Shown here in pieces: positions 52,334 to 64,000 of a DNA stretch of 64,000 nucleotides. The notes beneath the pieces were generated by a model. That model saw only the letters and a program-made list of their open reading frames with translations. It was not told where the DNA came from and ran no database searches. The position numbers and the translations under genes are program-made. This DNA is from Eledone cirrhosa (taxonomy: Eukaryota): the NCBI GenBank assembly GCA_964016885.1, contig OZ024748.1, positions 37,944,001 to 38,008,000 of the forward strand, in the 5' to 3' direction. Position 1 is the first letter of the stretch; every line of letters begins with the position of its first letter.

Positions 52334-52340
<7 letters not shown>
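51985..52340. mobile_element. MITE-like/fold-back element with ~140-bp inverted arms and ~72-bp spacer
   Basis: Arm 51985-52126 (...GTACGTATGGATTCACCGAACATTTATTATAATGCTCGGTGTGTTTGTAAACAA) is mirrored at 52199-52340, including the TA/CA-rich outer parts. Confidence 0.75.
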
Positions 52341-52398
<58 letters not shown>

Positions 52399-52987
52399 CA
52401 TTCTCGTGAAATGCCATGTAGCTGTAATTAAGAAATATTCTAACTCCAATACCATCGACGACGATATTCAACTCCTATGAATGAAACTTATTCTCTTCCT
52501 AGTCACGAGAAATCTCTTTGTTTCTTAAGAAAAAAGTTCTCGTGCCAAGTCACCCATCAGGTTTTCAGTTCTTTCAGAAAGTATGACCGTTACACTACCT
52601 CATTTATATTCTCTATAACATTCGATGCTTTGTTTCTGAAGAAGAAATCGATATTTTTCCAGGAATAGAGCCATCTATTATTAAAAACTCTAGTTTGAGT
52701 AATTATATTTCTCTCTTTTGGGGGAAACATAATTGCTAGGGTGAAGGGGTTTATTTATAGAACCCCGTTAACCACTTTTTCTAATAATGCCACAAGTTTC
52801 TTCCTAAGGATTTCATGCTTCGGCATCTGGCGAAATTGCTGAAAGGAACAGAACATAACCCGTTAACTTATGAAAGGTGGAAATACCTAATAGTCGGGTA
52901 CTTCAACAAACGTTAGCACAGCTATGTTTGTGGATTATATATATATATATGTATATGATTATGGTGTAATCAATATAGTGAAGAAGT

Positions 52988-53044
<57 letters not shown>

Positions 53045-53052
<8 letters not shown>

Positions 53053-53237
53053 AAGTATAACCCCGACGGCAGAGCTCAAGCCGTTTCGACGGCTATTTCT
53101 GGACTAAAGTCCAGAAATAGCCGTCGAAACGGCTTGAGCTCTGCCGTCGGGGTCATACTTTCTCATATTACCCACTCTACTACCCTAAGTATTGAGTACT
53201 CTGGTCCATCTGGTTCCTTACCACAACTGCTCCGTTA
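53045..53237 (+). mobile_element. Fold-back family 2, copy 2 (opposite orientation to copy 1), flanked by (TA)n on both sides
   Basis: Arms 53045-53105 and 53108-53168 (1 mismatch, 2-nt loop), then tail TACCCACTCTACTACCCTAAG...CCTTACCACAACTGCTCCGTTA. Confidence 0.85.
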
Positions 53238-53323
53238 TATATATATAGTGTGTTGTAGTAGTAGTAGTAGTAGTAGTAACTTAGCTTCGATTTGCCAAGT
53301 TATATAACTGGCCTATCCACGGT

Positions 53324-53507
53324 GAAAAGCGTATTTCTTTTTTCAGTTATGATAATTCTATTTTCCCACATGATAAATATAAAAGACTACATTAATAATG
53401 TAATCTTCCTTATATATCATGTATGTAAATATCTTGTATATCATGTATGAAAATATAGCAATATTATATAGATAGAATTATCATAACTGAAAAATAATAC
53501 GATTTTC
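53324..53507. mobile_element. AT-rich degenerate fold-back (MITE-like)
   Basis: GAAAAGCGTATTTCTTTTTTCAGTTATGATAATTCTAT is mirrored by ATAGAATTATCATAACTGAAAAATAATACGATTTTC. An inner imperfect stem ACATGATA...TACATTA/TAATGTA...TATCATGT is also present. Confidence 0.65.
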
Positions 53508-54220
53508 CAATGTGTCTTTCGTGTTTTTAAAGATTATAGATTGTAATTTAATTGATGTCTCGCTGCTATTTCTAGCAGGTCTAACCACCACTAACATACA
53601 CCATTATTGTACTTGGCTCCTTTCTAATAAATTCTGCAGCTGAACTGAGCACATTTTTGTTTTCATTTAACATTTCATTAGTTTTATTTCTAATTGAATT
53701 GTTAGTAATGTCTTTTAAATGCCACAATTTCCTTCATTTGAAAAATATCTAAATTATATTTTAAAGGTCAATTTATCTTCGTCAATTATGTCAATAATTT
53801 GGACTTAAAGTAAAACCCTGTGGGGCATTCACTTCATCATCAACCACTTGTTGATTTAATTCACGTCATTAATATCATAAATATTGTTTAATTTTAACAT
53901 TTAAAAAAAAATTCTTTTCCTCCCATATATACTTTTCATTTGAATCAGTGTTTGTATATTTTTCACAATTATTTAATTGTTTCTATTTGTTTTCAATTTA
54001 AAATATTTCTAATTAATTCATTCTTTGAGATTGTTAATTGTTTTAAATATTTCCAATAAAATGCAGGGATTTGCTTTTGAACTAAACTGTCCGGGCAATT
54101 GCTGATACCACTTATTCTCTCTTGAAATATTTTTCAAAAGTCTTGACCTAGATTGCGGGAGTTAATTGATTTTTATTATTCTCTGTGGGCAATAATACAC
54201 ATTATTATTTGTATATGAAC

Positions 54221-54391
54221 CAACGGCGGTGGATTGGCAGTATCGGTAGAGGATCGGACGCCATGCTTTCAAGCATAGTTACGTCCCTTTACGATCTGAG
54301 TTGACTTTGCCTCTCATCCTTACGGGGTCGATAAAATAAAGTACCAGTAATACACTGGATAATTGCTGGCCTTGTGCCTAAAGTAGAAACA
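54221..54391 (+). mobile_element. tRNA-derived SINE (octopus-type), internally deleted, with 17-bp target-site duplication
   Basis: GGCGGTGGATTGGCAGTATCGGTAG A-box-like head and GACTTTGCCTCTCATCCTTACGGGGTCGATAAAATAAAGTACCAG core. Flanked by ATTATTTGTATATGAAC at 54204-54220 and 54392-54408. The family resemblance is recalled, not searched. Confidence 0.8.
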
Positions 54392-54644
54392 ATTATTTGT
54401 ATATGAACTTCTACTCCCCTGAAGACAGCATCGTATTTCATAAAGTGTCTAATTATATTAGGGAGGAGGATAATGTATAGAAGTGAAGATATCAGCTCAG
54501 TGGATCTGAGTATTAAGCATCAAGATAAAATGAAGGTGAAGAAAAGAGTCCTTAACTTCTAATGGATATGTAGGGACGCCATCCTTACACATGGTAAAAC
54601 TAATCCACCACTACGCTGGAACACAACCGATTATTTCCAGGCGG

Positions 54645-57600
54645 GAATTTACCCCAGTATTGGACTGGTATTTTATTTATCAACCTCCAAAGGATGAAAA
54701 GGGAAAGTTAACCTCGACGAGATTTGAATTTAGAGCTCAGTCAGCCGGAACAACTACAGTAGTATTTGTAACCCAATAGCCCTCACGACTCTGTAACCCA
54801 ATAGCCCTCACGACTCTGTAACCCAATAGTCCTCACGACTTTGTAACCCAATAGCCCTCACGACTATGTAAACCAATAACCCTCACTTCTCTCTAATCCA
54901 ATAGACCTTAAGACTTTGTAACCCAATAGCCCTCACGACTTGTAACCCAATGGACCTCACGACATTGTAACCCAATGGCCCTCACGACTCTGTAACCCAA
55001 TGGACCTCACGACATTGTAACCCAATGGCCCTCACGACTCTGTAACCCAATAGCCCTCACGACATTGCAGCCCAATGTACCTCACGACATTGTAACCCAA
55101 TGGCCCTCACGACTCTGTAACCCAATAGCCTTCACGACTCTGTAACCCAATAACTCTCACTTCTCTCTAACCCAATAGCCCCCACGACTCTGTAACCCAA
55201 TAGTCCTCACAACTCTGTAACTCAATAGCCCTCACGACTTTGTAACCCAATAGCCCTCACGACTTTGTAACCCAATGGACTTCACGACTCTGTAACCCAA
55301 TGGCCCTCACGACTTTGTAACCCAATAACCCTCATTCTCTCTAACCCAATAGTCCTCACGACTCTGTAACCCAATAGCCCTAACGACTCTGTAACCCAAT
55401 AGTCCTCACAACTCTGTAACCCAATAGTCCTAACGACTCTGTAACCCACTAGTCCTCACGACTCTCTAACCCAATAGTCCTCACGACTCTGTAACCCAAT
55501 AGCCCTCACGAATCTGTAACCCAATAGTCCTCACGACTTTGTAACCCAATAGCCCTCACGACTTTGTAAACCAATAACCCTCACTTCTCTCTAATCTAAT
55601 AGCCCTTAAGATTGTGTAACCCAATAGCCCTCACGACTTGTAACCCAATGGATCTCACGACATTGTAACCCAATGGCCCTCACGACTCTGTAACCCAATG
55701 GCCCTAACGACTCTGTAACCCAATAGCCCTCACGACTCTGTAACCCAATGGACCTCACGACATTGTAACCCAATGGCCCTCACGACTCTGTAACCCAATG
55801 GACCTCACGACATTGTAACCCAATAACCCTCACTTCTCTCTAACCCAATGGCCCTCACGACTCTGTAATCCAATAGCCTTCACGACTCTGTAACCCAATA
55901 ACCCTCACTTCTCTCTAACCCAATAGCCCCCACGACTCTGTAACCCAATAGTCCTCACAACTCTGTAACTCAATAGCCCTCACGACTTTGTAACCCAATA
56001 GCCCTCACGAGTTTGTAATCCAATAGCCCTCACGACTCTGTAACCAAATGGACTTCACGACTCTGTAACCCAATGGCCCTCACGACTTTGTAACCCAATA
56101 ACCCTCATTCTCTCTAACCCAATAGTCCTCACGACTCTGTAACCCAATAGCCCTGACGACTCTTGAACCCAATAGTCCTCACGATCTGTAACCCAATAGT
56201 CCTCACGACTCTGTAACGCAATAGAGTTCACAACTCTCTAACCCAATAGTCCTAACGACTCTGTAACCCAATAGCCCTAACGACTCTGTAACCCAATAGT
56301 CCTCAAAACTCTGTAACCCAATAGTCCTAACGACTCTGTAACCCACTAGTCCTCACGACTCTCTAACCCAATAGTCCTCACGACTCTGTAACCCAATAGC
56401 CCTCACGACTCTGTAACCCAATAGTCATAACGACTCTGTAACCCAATAGTCCTCACGACTCTGTAACCCAATATTCCTAACGACTCTGTAACCCAATAGT
56501 CCTAACGATTCTGTAACCGAATAGCACTCACTTCTCTCTAACCCAATATCCCTCACTTCTCTCTAACCCAATAGCCCTCACGACTCTGTAACCCAATAGC
56601 CCTCACGACTCTGTAACCCAATAGCCCTCACGACTCAGTAACCCAATAGCCCTCACTTCTCTCTAACCCAATAGCCCTCACGACTCAGTAACCCAATAGC
56701 CCTCACTTCTCTCTAACCCAATAGCCCTCACTTCTCTCTAACCCAATAGCCCTCACAACTCAGTAACCCAATAACCCTCACGACTCAGTAACCCAATAAC
56801 CCTCACGACTCTGTAACCCAATAGCCCTCACGACTCAGTAACCCAATAGTCCTCACGACTCAGTAACCCAATAGCCCTCACGACTCAGTAATCCAATAGC
56901 CCTCACGACTCAGTAACCCAATAGTCCTCACGACTCAGTAACCCAATAACCCTCACGACTCTGTAACCCAATAGCCCTCACGACTCAGTAACCCAATAGT
57001 CCTCACGACTCAGTAACCCAATAACCCTCACGACTCTGTAACCCAATAGCCCTCACGACTCAGTAACACAATAGCCCTCACGACTCAGTAACCCAATAGC
57101 CCTCACGACTCAGTAACCCAATAGCCCTCACGACTCTGTAACCCAATAGCCCTCACGACTCAGTAACCCAATAACCCTCACGACTCAGTAACCCAATAGC
57201 ACTCACGACTCAGTAACCCAATAGCCCTCACGACTCAGTAACCCAATAGCCCTCACGACTCAGTAACCCAATAGCACTCACGACTCAGTAACACAATAGC
57301 CCTCACGACTCAGTAACCCAATAGTCCTCACGACTCAGTAACCCAATAGCCCTTACGACTCTGTAACCCAATAGCCCTCACGACTCAGTAACCCAATAGT
57401 CCTCACGACTCAGTAACCCAATAGCCCTCACGACTCAGTAACCCAATAGCCCTCACGACTCAGTAACCCAATAGTCCTCACGACTCAGTAACCCAATAAC
57501 CCTCACGACTCTGTAATCCAATAGCCCTCACGACTCAGTAACACAATAGCCCTCACGACTCAGTAACCCAATAGCCCTCACGACTCTGTAACCCAATAGC

Positions 57601-58626
57601 CCTCACGACTCAGTAACCCAATAGCCCTCACGACTCTGTAACCCAATAGCCCTCACGACCCAGTAACCCAATAGCCCTCACGACTCAGTAACCTAATAGC
57701 CCTCACGACTCAGTAACCCAATAGCCCTCACGACTCAGTAACACAATAGCCCTCACAACTCAGTAACCCAATAGCCCTCACGACTCAGTAACCCAATAGC
57801 CCTCACGACTCAGTAACCCAATAGCCCTCACGACTCAGTAACACAATAGCCCTCACGACTCAGTAACCCAATAGTCCTCACGACTCAGTAACCCAATAGC
57901 CCTCACGACTCTGTAACCCAATAGCCCTCACGACTCAGTAACCCAATAGCACTCACGACTCAGTAACACAATAGCCCTCACGACTCAGTAACCCAATAGT
58001 CCTCACGACTCAGTAACCCAATAGCCCTCACGACTCTGTAACCCAATAGCCCTCACGACTCAGTAACCCAATAGCCCTCATGACTCAGTAACCCAATAGC
58101 CCTCACGACTCAGTAACCCAATAGCCCTCACGACTCAGTAACACAATAGCCCTCACGACTCAGTAACCCAATAGCACTCACGACTCAGTAACCCAATAGC
58201 CCTCACGACTCAGTAACCCAATAGCCCTCACGACTCAGTAACCCAATAGCCCTCACGACTCAGTAACCCAATAGCCGTCACGACTCAGTAACACAATAGC
58301 CCTCACGACTCAGTAACCCAATAGCCCTCACGACTCAGTAACCCAATAGCCCTCACGACTCAGTAACACAATAGCCCTCACGACTCAGTAGCCCAATAGC
58401 CCTCACGACTCAGTAACCCAATAGCCCTCACGACTCAGTAACCCAATAGCCCTCACGACTCAGTAGCCCAATAGCCCTCACGACTCAGTAGCCCAATAGC
58501 CCTCACGACTCAGTAACACAATAGCCCTCACGACTCAGTAACCCAATAGCCCTCACGACTCAGTAACCCAATAGCCCTCACGACTCAGTAACCCAATAGC
58601 CCTCACGACTTTGCCACTTCACTACC
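54645..58626 (-). mobile_element. Second, antisense copy of the same SINE family, interrupted in its 5' head by the 25-bp satellite
   Basis: The reverse complement of 54652-54740 (TTCAAATCTCGTCGAGGTTAACTTTCCCTTTTCATCCTTTGGAGGTTGATAAATAAAATACCAG) aligns with the core of the first SINE. TGCCACTTCACTACC at 58612-58626 aligns with the reverse complement of its 5' end (TGCCAATCCACCGCC). Confidence 0.7.
54767..58613 (+). repeat. 25-bp tandem satellite (GTAACCCAATAGCCCTCACGACTCW), about 154 units
   Basis: Direct reading; period 25 (e.g. CCTCACGACT at 58201, 58226, 58251). Confidence 0.98.
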
Positions 58627-58782
58627 TAAGGGGTAGATGCTATATTAACAATATAAGTGACTGACATTGAAACTGGGTTAGGTCCTTTGCTCTCCTTCTT
58701 CTTCTGTTATATTTTTTTCATTTTCCCTGTATTTTCTTTTTATCCTGCTTTTTTGTTCTCGTGTTTTATGCTGCTGCTTTTT

Positions 58783-59162
58783 TGATGATGACGATGATGA
58801 TGACGATGATGATGACGATGATGATGATAATGATGATGATGATGATGATGATGATAAGAAGAAGCAGTACCATCGCGCCATCATCATTATTAGCATCAAC
58901 TTTACCTCACCTCCTCCGTCTACTCCTGATCTTCCAGCTCCTCCCCCTCCTCCTCCTCCTCCTCATCATCATCATCATTTTCATTAGTATCATATTCCAC
59001 TATTCTTTCTATCCCCCTCCTCCTCCTCCCTTTGTGTTCCCTTCTCTTCTGCCACTTTCTTTCTTTTTTCCTCCTTTGTTCTTCTTTTCAGATTTTCCCT
59101 TATTATTGTTGTTAAAACCATCATCATCATCATCATCATTATTATATTATTTTTGTTGTTGC

Positions 59163-59193
<31 letters not shown>

Positions 59194-59293
59194 GTTGTTG
59201 TTCTCCGCGAAACTTAATCAATTATCCATTTTACAGCAAATTAGGGTTAACTTCAACAACAACAACAATACCAGCAACAACAACAACAATACT

Positions 59294-59336
<43 letters not shown>

Positions 59337-59420
59337 GCAACAACAATACCATCAGCAACAACAACAACAACAATACCAGCAACAACATATCAAAAATAAA
59401 ACAACAAAAATAACAATAAC
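58783..59420. repeat. Cluster of trinucleotide microsatellites: (GAT)n, (CCT)n, (CAT)n, (GTT)n, (AAC)n
   Basis: Direct reading. Confidence 0.93.
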
Positions 59421-59589
59421 AATAGGTGGAAGAAGAAAATAGTAAAATAAATGAGTAAAACAGTGAAAAAAAGATAATTTTGAGAGAAAAAAGTGAAAGT
59501 GGCTCTGAAAGAAATTCTTAAAAGCATAAAAATCCATTTAAGTGTTTACAATGACTTCTAGAACCATTATCAGTTAGGGTGTATACAGG

Positions 59590-60470
<881 letters not shown>

Positions 60471-60569
60471 AAAGATAATTATTACTAGTATTATATAATT
60501 ATTATATCGTATATATATATGTGAGTGTAACACAATGCTCTTCATAGAAATTTACTCCAGCCCTTGTAA

Positions 60570-60596
60570 TCATCATTACCACCATCATCACCACCG

Positions 60597-60641
<45 letters not shown>

Positions 60642-60648
60642 TCATCAT
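60570..60648. repeat. (CAT/CAC)n-(TAC)n microsatellite
   Basis: Direct reading. Confidence 0.9.
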
Positions 60649-61718
60649 CTTCTGGTATTGCTGCTGTTGTTTATAGTGATGATGAAATCCCAACCATATT
60701 ATTATCTAAAGTATTCCTACATCTTTAAAAATATGGAGTGCCAGGAAAGAAGGAATAAATTAATTCCAATTTCTCTTTGAGGCCATTCGACTCTACACCC
60801 AACCACTTACTCCATATATTTAATGGTGTGTGGAGGTGCGAACGGTAGAGAGTATCAGCATTGGAAAGACCAACGGAAACATTGTTACCTTGGTCCGATT
60901 TAAAGAGTTCCACCCCACTCGGTAAGCGAATGAGATGTGGGACCTCGTCTGTCGAAGTATGGAAAGAAAGAAATCTTCTCACTCCATCCTCATATCTGAG
61001 GGTCAGGGGTCATGGACTTATGGACCACCACTCTCCATTTTTTCCTCTCCCTTGCCGTACATTCCGCCAAACTCGTACCTTATTGCCGGAATTGCAACGT
61101 AAGTGATACTAAAGGCGCAATCTTCGGTAAATTTTCAAGCGTATTGAATGTTATATAGTGTTTGGTGTAGGACATGAAGTTGTGGCTATCATGCCTTACA
61201 TAAAAACATTGGAGACGTTAAATGAATTGGCATGGGAATGGTAAGCTGGTTTCACGTTCACAATATGACGTTTCTAGCACCACAAAACCAGCACCGCCGC
61301 CACCATTACATCCAACGTCGCCATCACCAGCACCAGTATTTCAGATATGTAAGTCAGTTAAGGAAGAACACACCACTCGTTTGTTTTGTTTTAAACTGTT
61401 TCAGCTCCACATTTGAAAAGTGGGTGTTAGCCCCGAAATATGTTGAGATATCCTGGATAAAACTTTACTACGTTTTGTTTTATTTGTCATCATTTGTCCT
61501 TCGTATTTTTCTAACTTATTGTACCGGCTTTTTGATACTTATCAGGTTTTTTATTGCACACTTATATATATATATGAAGGGTGCTTGTTTATCACCTGCA
61601 GTAGGGCGGATTTGAAGAGTTATCGCTTTCCCAAACATTTTATTTGCAATTTGTAACGTTTCACTTAAAATTAAAATTTAGAAAGAGTGTGGGAAAATTA
61701 AAGCAACATTTACACCGT

Positions 61719-62310
61719 ACACACACACACACACACACACACACATACTCACTCTCTCACACACACGGTCACACATACTCACTCACACACACATACACAC
61801 ACATACACATATACACGGTCACACATACTCACTCTCTCTCACACACACAGACGGTCACACCTTCTCACTCTCTCTCACACACACATACACACACACACAC
61901 GGTCACATACTCACACACACACACACGGTCACACATACTAACTCTCACACACACACACACCCACGGTCACACATATTCACTCACTCTTTCACACACACAC
62001 ACACGGTCACACATACTCACTCTCACACACACACACACAACACACACACACACACGGTCACACATACTCAATCACATACACACACACGTGGTCACACATA
62101 CTCACTCTCACACACACACGCACACGGTCACACATACTGACTCACACACACACACACACACACACGGTCACATATACTCACTCACACACACACACATACT
62201 CACTCACACACACACACTTACACACTCACACACGGTCACACATACTCACTCACACACACACGGTCACACATACTCATTCACACACACATACACACACACA
62301 CTCACACACT
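61719..62310 (+). repeat. CA-based compound minisatellite with recurring ACGGTCACACATACTCA core
   Basis: GGTCACAC recurs about a dozen times, separated by variable (CA)n/(CT)n tracts. Confidence 0.88.
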
Positions 62311-62422
62311 CCCTGTCACAGAGAGAGAGAAGAGAGAAAAACACATACACACGCGTATATGCATATATAGTATATATGTGTATGCATCTATGTACATATG
62401 CATGCACATATATATATATATA

Positions 62423-62464
62423 TAGGAAAATGTTTATCCCGGACGGCAGAGCTCAAGTCGTTTC

Positions 62465-62469
<5 letters not shown>
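62423..62469 (-). mobile_element. Fold-back family 2, truncated single-arm fragment within (TA)n
   Basis: CCCGGACGGCAGAGCTCAAGTCGTTTCGACGG matches the arm at 53061-53092. Confidence 0.75.
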
Positions 62470-62495
<26 letters not shown>

Positions 62496-62650
62496 CCTGT
62501 TTTTTAGTGTTTATATGTATGTATATATATAAAAATGTGTGTTTCAGTATATATATATGTGTGTATGTATGTATGTATGTATATATGTACATATGTATAT
62601 ATCTACATATGTATATATGTACGTATGTATGTATGCATATATGTATGTCT

Positions 62651-63206
62651 CATGGTCGGGTCGTTGGCGACTAAACTGGCAACCCCACCAAGGTTTCTTG
62701 GTGAGGAGGGTGACTTTGGACATCCTGCAGGACTAAAAACAAAACCTGTCAAAGGGCAAAGGAGCTCTTAAGAGTCAATGGCCATCCAAAATCACCGGGA
62801 GAGATGACCCCTTAGCCTTTGTCAAGGCAGAATTCTAGGAGAAGGAAAACTCTGATATAACACCTGCAACTCTGATGGTATCCAATGATGTTGACTTGTT
62901 CTTCTTTTTGGTAAATATCATCTTGGTTAAGAGAGTGGGACTGACTTTGTGCAGTGCCTTTGCTCACTATAAAAGCTTCACGGCACAGGCATTGCTTTGT
63001 ATCTGGAAATCGCTCTGTATTGTCGTCACATGGTACCATGGGCCCAGCACTATGTCTCAATAATTGTCGCAAGTGTAGTGTTTGTACCAGAATTTTCAAG
63101 TCGCTGGCTGGACTAAAAAGTCACACTCATTCAGCGCATTAGTAGGGGTTCTCCTACATGGATATAAAGTAGTGGCCGTACTCGAAAACGAGTTGGCAGC
63201 CACCAT
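62651..63206 (+). mobile_element. Non-autonomous, internally deleted RTE-like non-LTR retroelement (5' region, C-terminal zinc-finger segment, 3' stem-loop)
   Basis: 5' motifs such as CTAGGAGAAGGAAAACTCTGA resemble RTE 5' regions (recalled). Contains a terminal C2H2 finger and a 3' hairpin ACTCG-AAAA-CGAGT followed by a CAT/TA-rich tail. No reverse transcriptase sequence was recognised. Confidence 0.55.
63074..63142 (+). pseudogene. C2H2 zinc-finger coding relic (CSVCTRIFKSLAGLKSHTHSAH*)
   Basis: C-x2-C-x3-F-x5-L-x2-H-x4-H immediately before a stop codon, at the end of ORF 62954..63142. Confidence 0.7.
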
Positions 63207-63218
63207 ACATGTATGTAG

Positions 63219-63625
63219 GAGATGACCCCTTAGCCTTTGTCAAGGCAGAATTCCAGGAGAAGGAAAACTCTGATATAACACCTGCAACTCTGATGGTATC
63301 CAATGATGTTGACTTGTTCTTCTTTTTGGTAAATATCATCTTGGTTAAGAGAGTGGGACTGGCTTTGTGCAGTGCCTTTACTCACAATAAAAGCTTCACG
63401 GCACAGGCATTGCTTTATATCTGGAGATCTCTCTGCACTTGTCATCACATGGTACCATAGGCCCAGCACTATGTGTCAATAATTGTCACAAGTGTAGTGT
63501 TTGTACCAGAGTTTTCAAGTCGCTGGCTGGACTAAAAAGTCACACTCGTTCAGCGCATCGGTAGGGGTTCTCCTACATGGATATAAAGTAGTGGCCATAC
63601 TTGAAAACGAGTTGGCAGCCACCAT
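63219..63625 (+). mobile_element. Second, 5'-truncated tandem copy of the RTE-like element (direct repeat of 62801-63206, period ~418 bp)
   Basis: GAGATGACCCCTTAGCC at 62801 and 63219; GGCAGCCACCAT ending at 63206 and 63625; scattered substitutions. The zinc finger reads CSVCTRVFKSLAGLKSHTRSAHR* at 63493-63564. Confidence 0.85.
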
Positions 63626-63828
63626 GTATATATATGTATGTGTATATGTATGAACCACACCTATATACAGGTGTTAGCTGTAACGTTATACGTGATAGGA
63701 GTGTGTGAGTTTGACACACAAAAAACAAAAGATTTGAAAAAGTGATTGTGTAAGTTAAATTGTAGAGGTTCGTCGGTTGGGTAGCACTATAAATAGGTGT
63801 ACTTTAGACTGGTGCCGCCACAACAGTA

Positions 63829-64000
63829 ACACCACTACCACTACTACCACATACACCACCACCATCACCAACACCACCACCACTACCACTACCACTACCA
63901 CTTACATCACCACCTCATACACCACCGCCACATACTCCACCACCAGCATATCCACCACCACCACCACCACCAACACCACCACCACCACCACCACCACCAC
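63829..64000. repeat. Degenerate (ACC)n microsatellite, open at the right edge
   Basis: Direct reading. Confidence 0.93.

Noticed and set aside
54225-54300. tRNA gene
   Set aside because: An A-box-like head is present but there is no complete B box or cloverleaf; it continues into SINE core and has a TSD.
54767-58613. Telomere-like TAACCC in the 25-bp unit
   Set aside because: Only one exact hexamer per unit and no tandem (TAACCC)n; derivation from the SINE head explains the unit better.

Overview
Eukaryotic, AT-rich, repeat-dominated DNA with no convincing host protein-coding gene. The SINE and microsatellite content resembles octopus/cephalopod genomes; this is recalled, not verified. Bases 1-45878 are a single head-to-tail 52-bp satellite (about 880 monomers) with patchwork higher-order duplications, including a near-identical 6634-bp tandem duplication. 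It is followed by a run of shorter TGTTG-containing tandem repeats (28-bp, ~15-bp, 11-bp). Region 50.3-53.5 kb is a dense cluster of fold-back elements embedded in (TA)n. Two of these families carry hammerhead-ribozyme-like motifs, consistent with Penelope-like pseudo-LTR remnants. At 54.2-58.6 kb there are two tRNA-type SINE copies. One has a 17-bp target-site duplication; the other appears split by a ~3.85-kb 25-bp satellite that grew out of the SINE head. The end of the window holds microsatellites and a tandem pair of internally deleted RTE-like retroelement relics with a C2H2 zinc finger. Nearly all ORFs in the supplied track are by-products of the repeats. All coordinates and alignments were read by eye.
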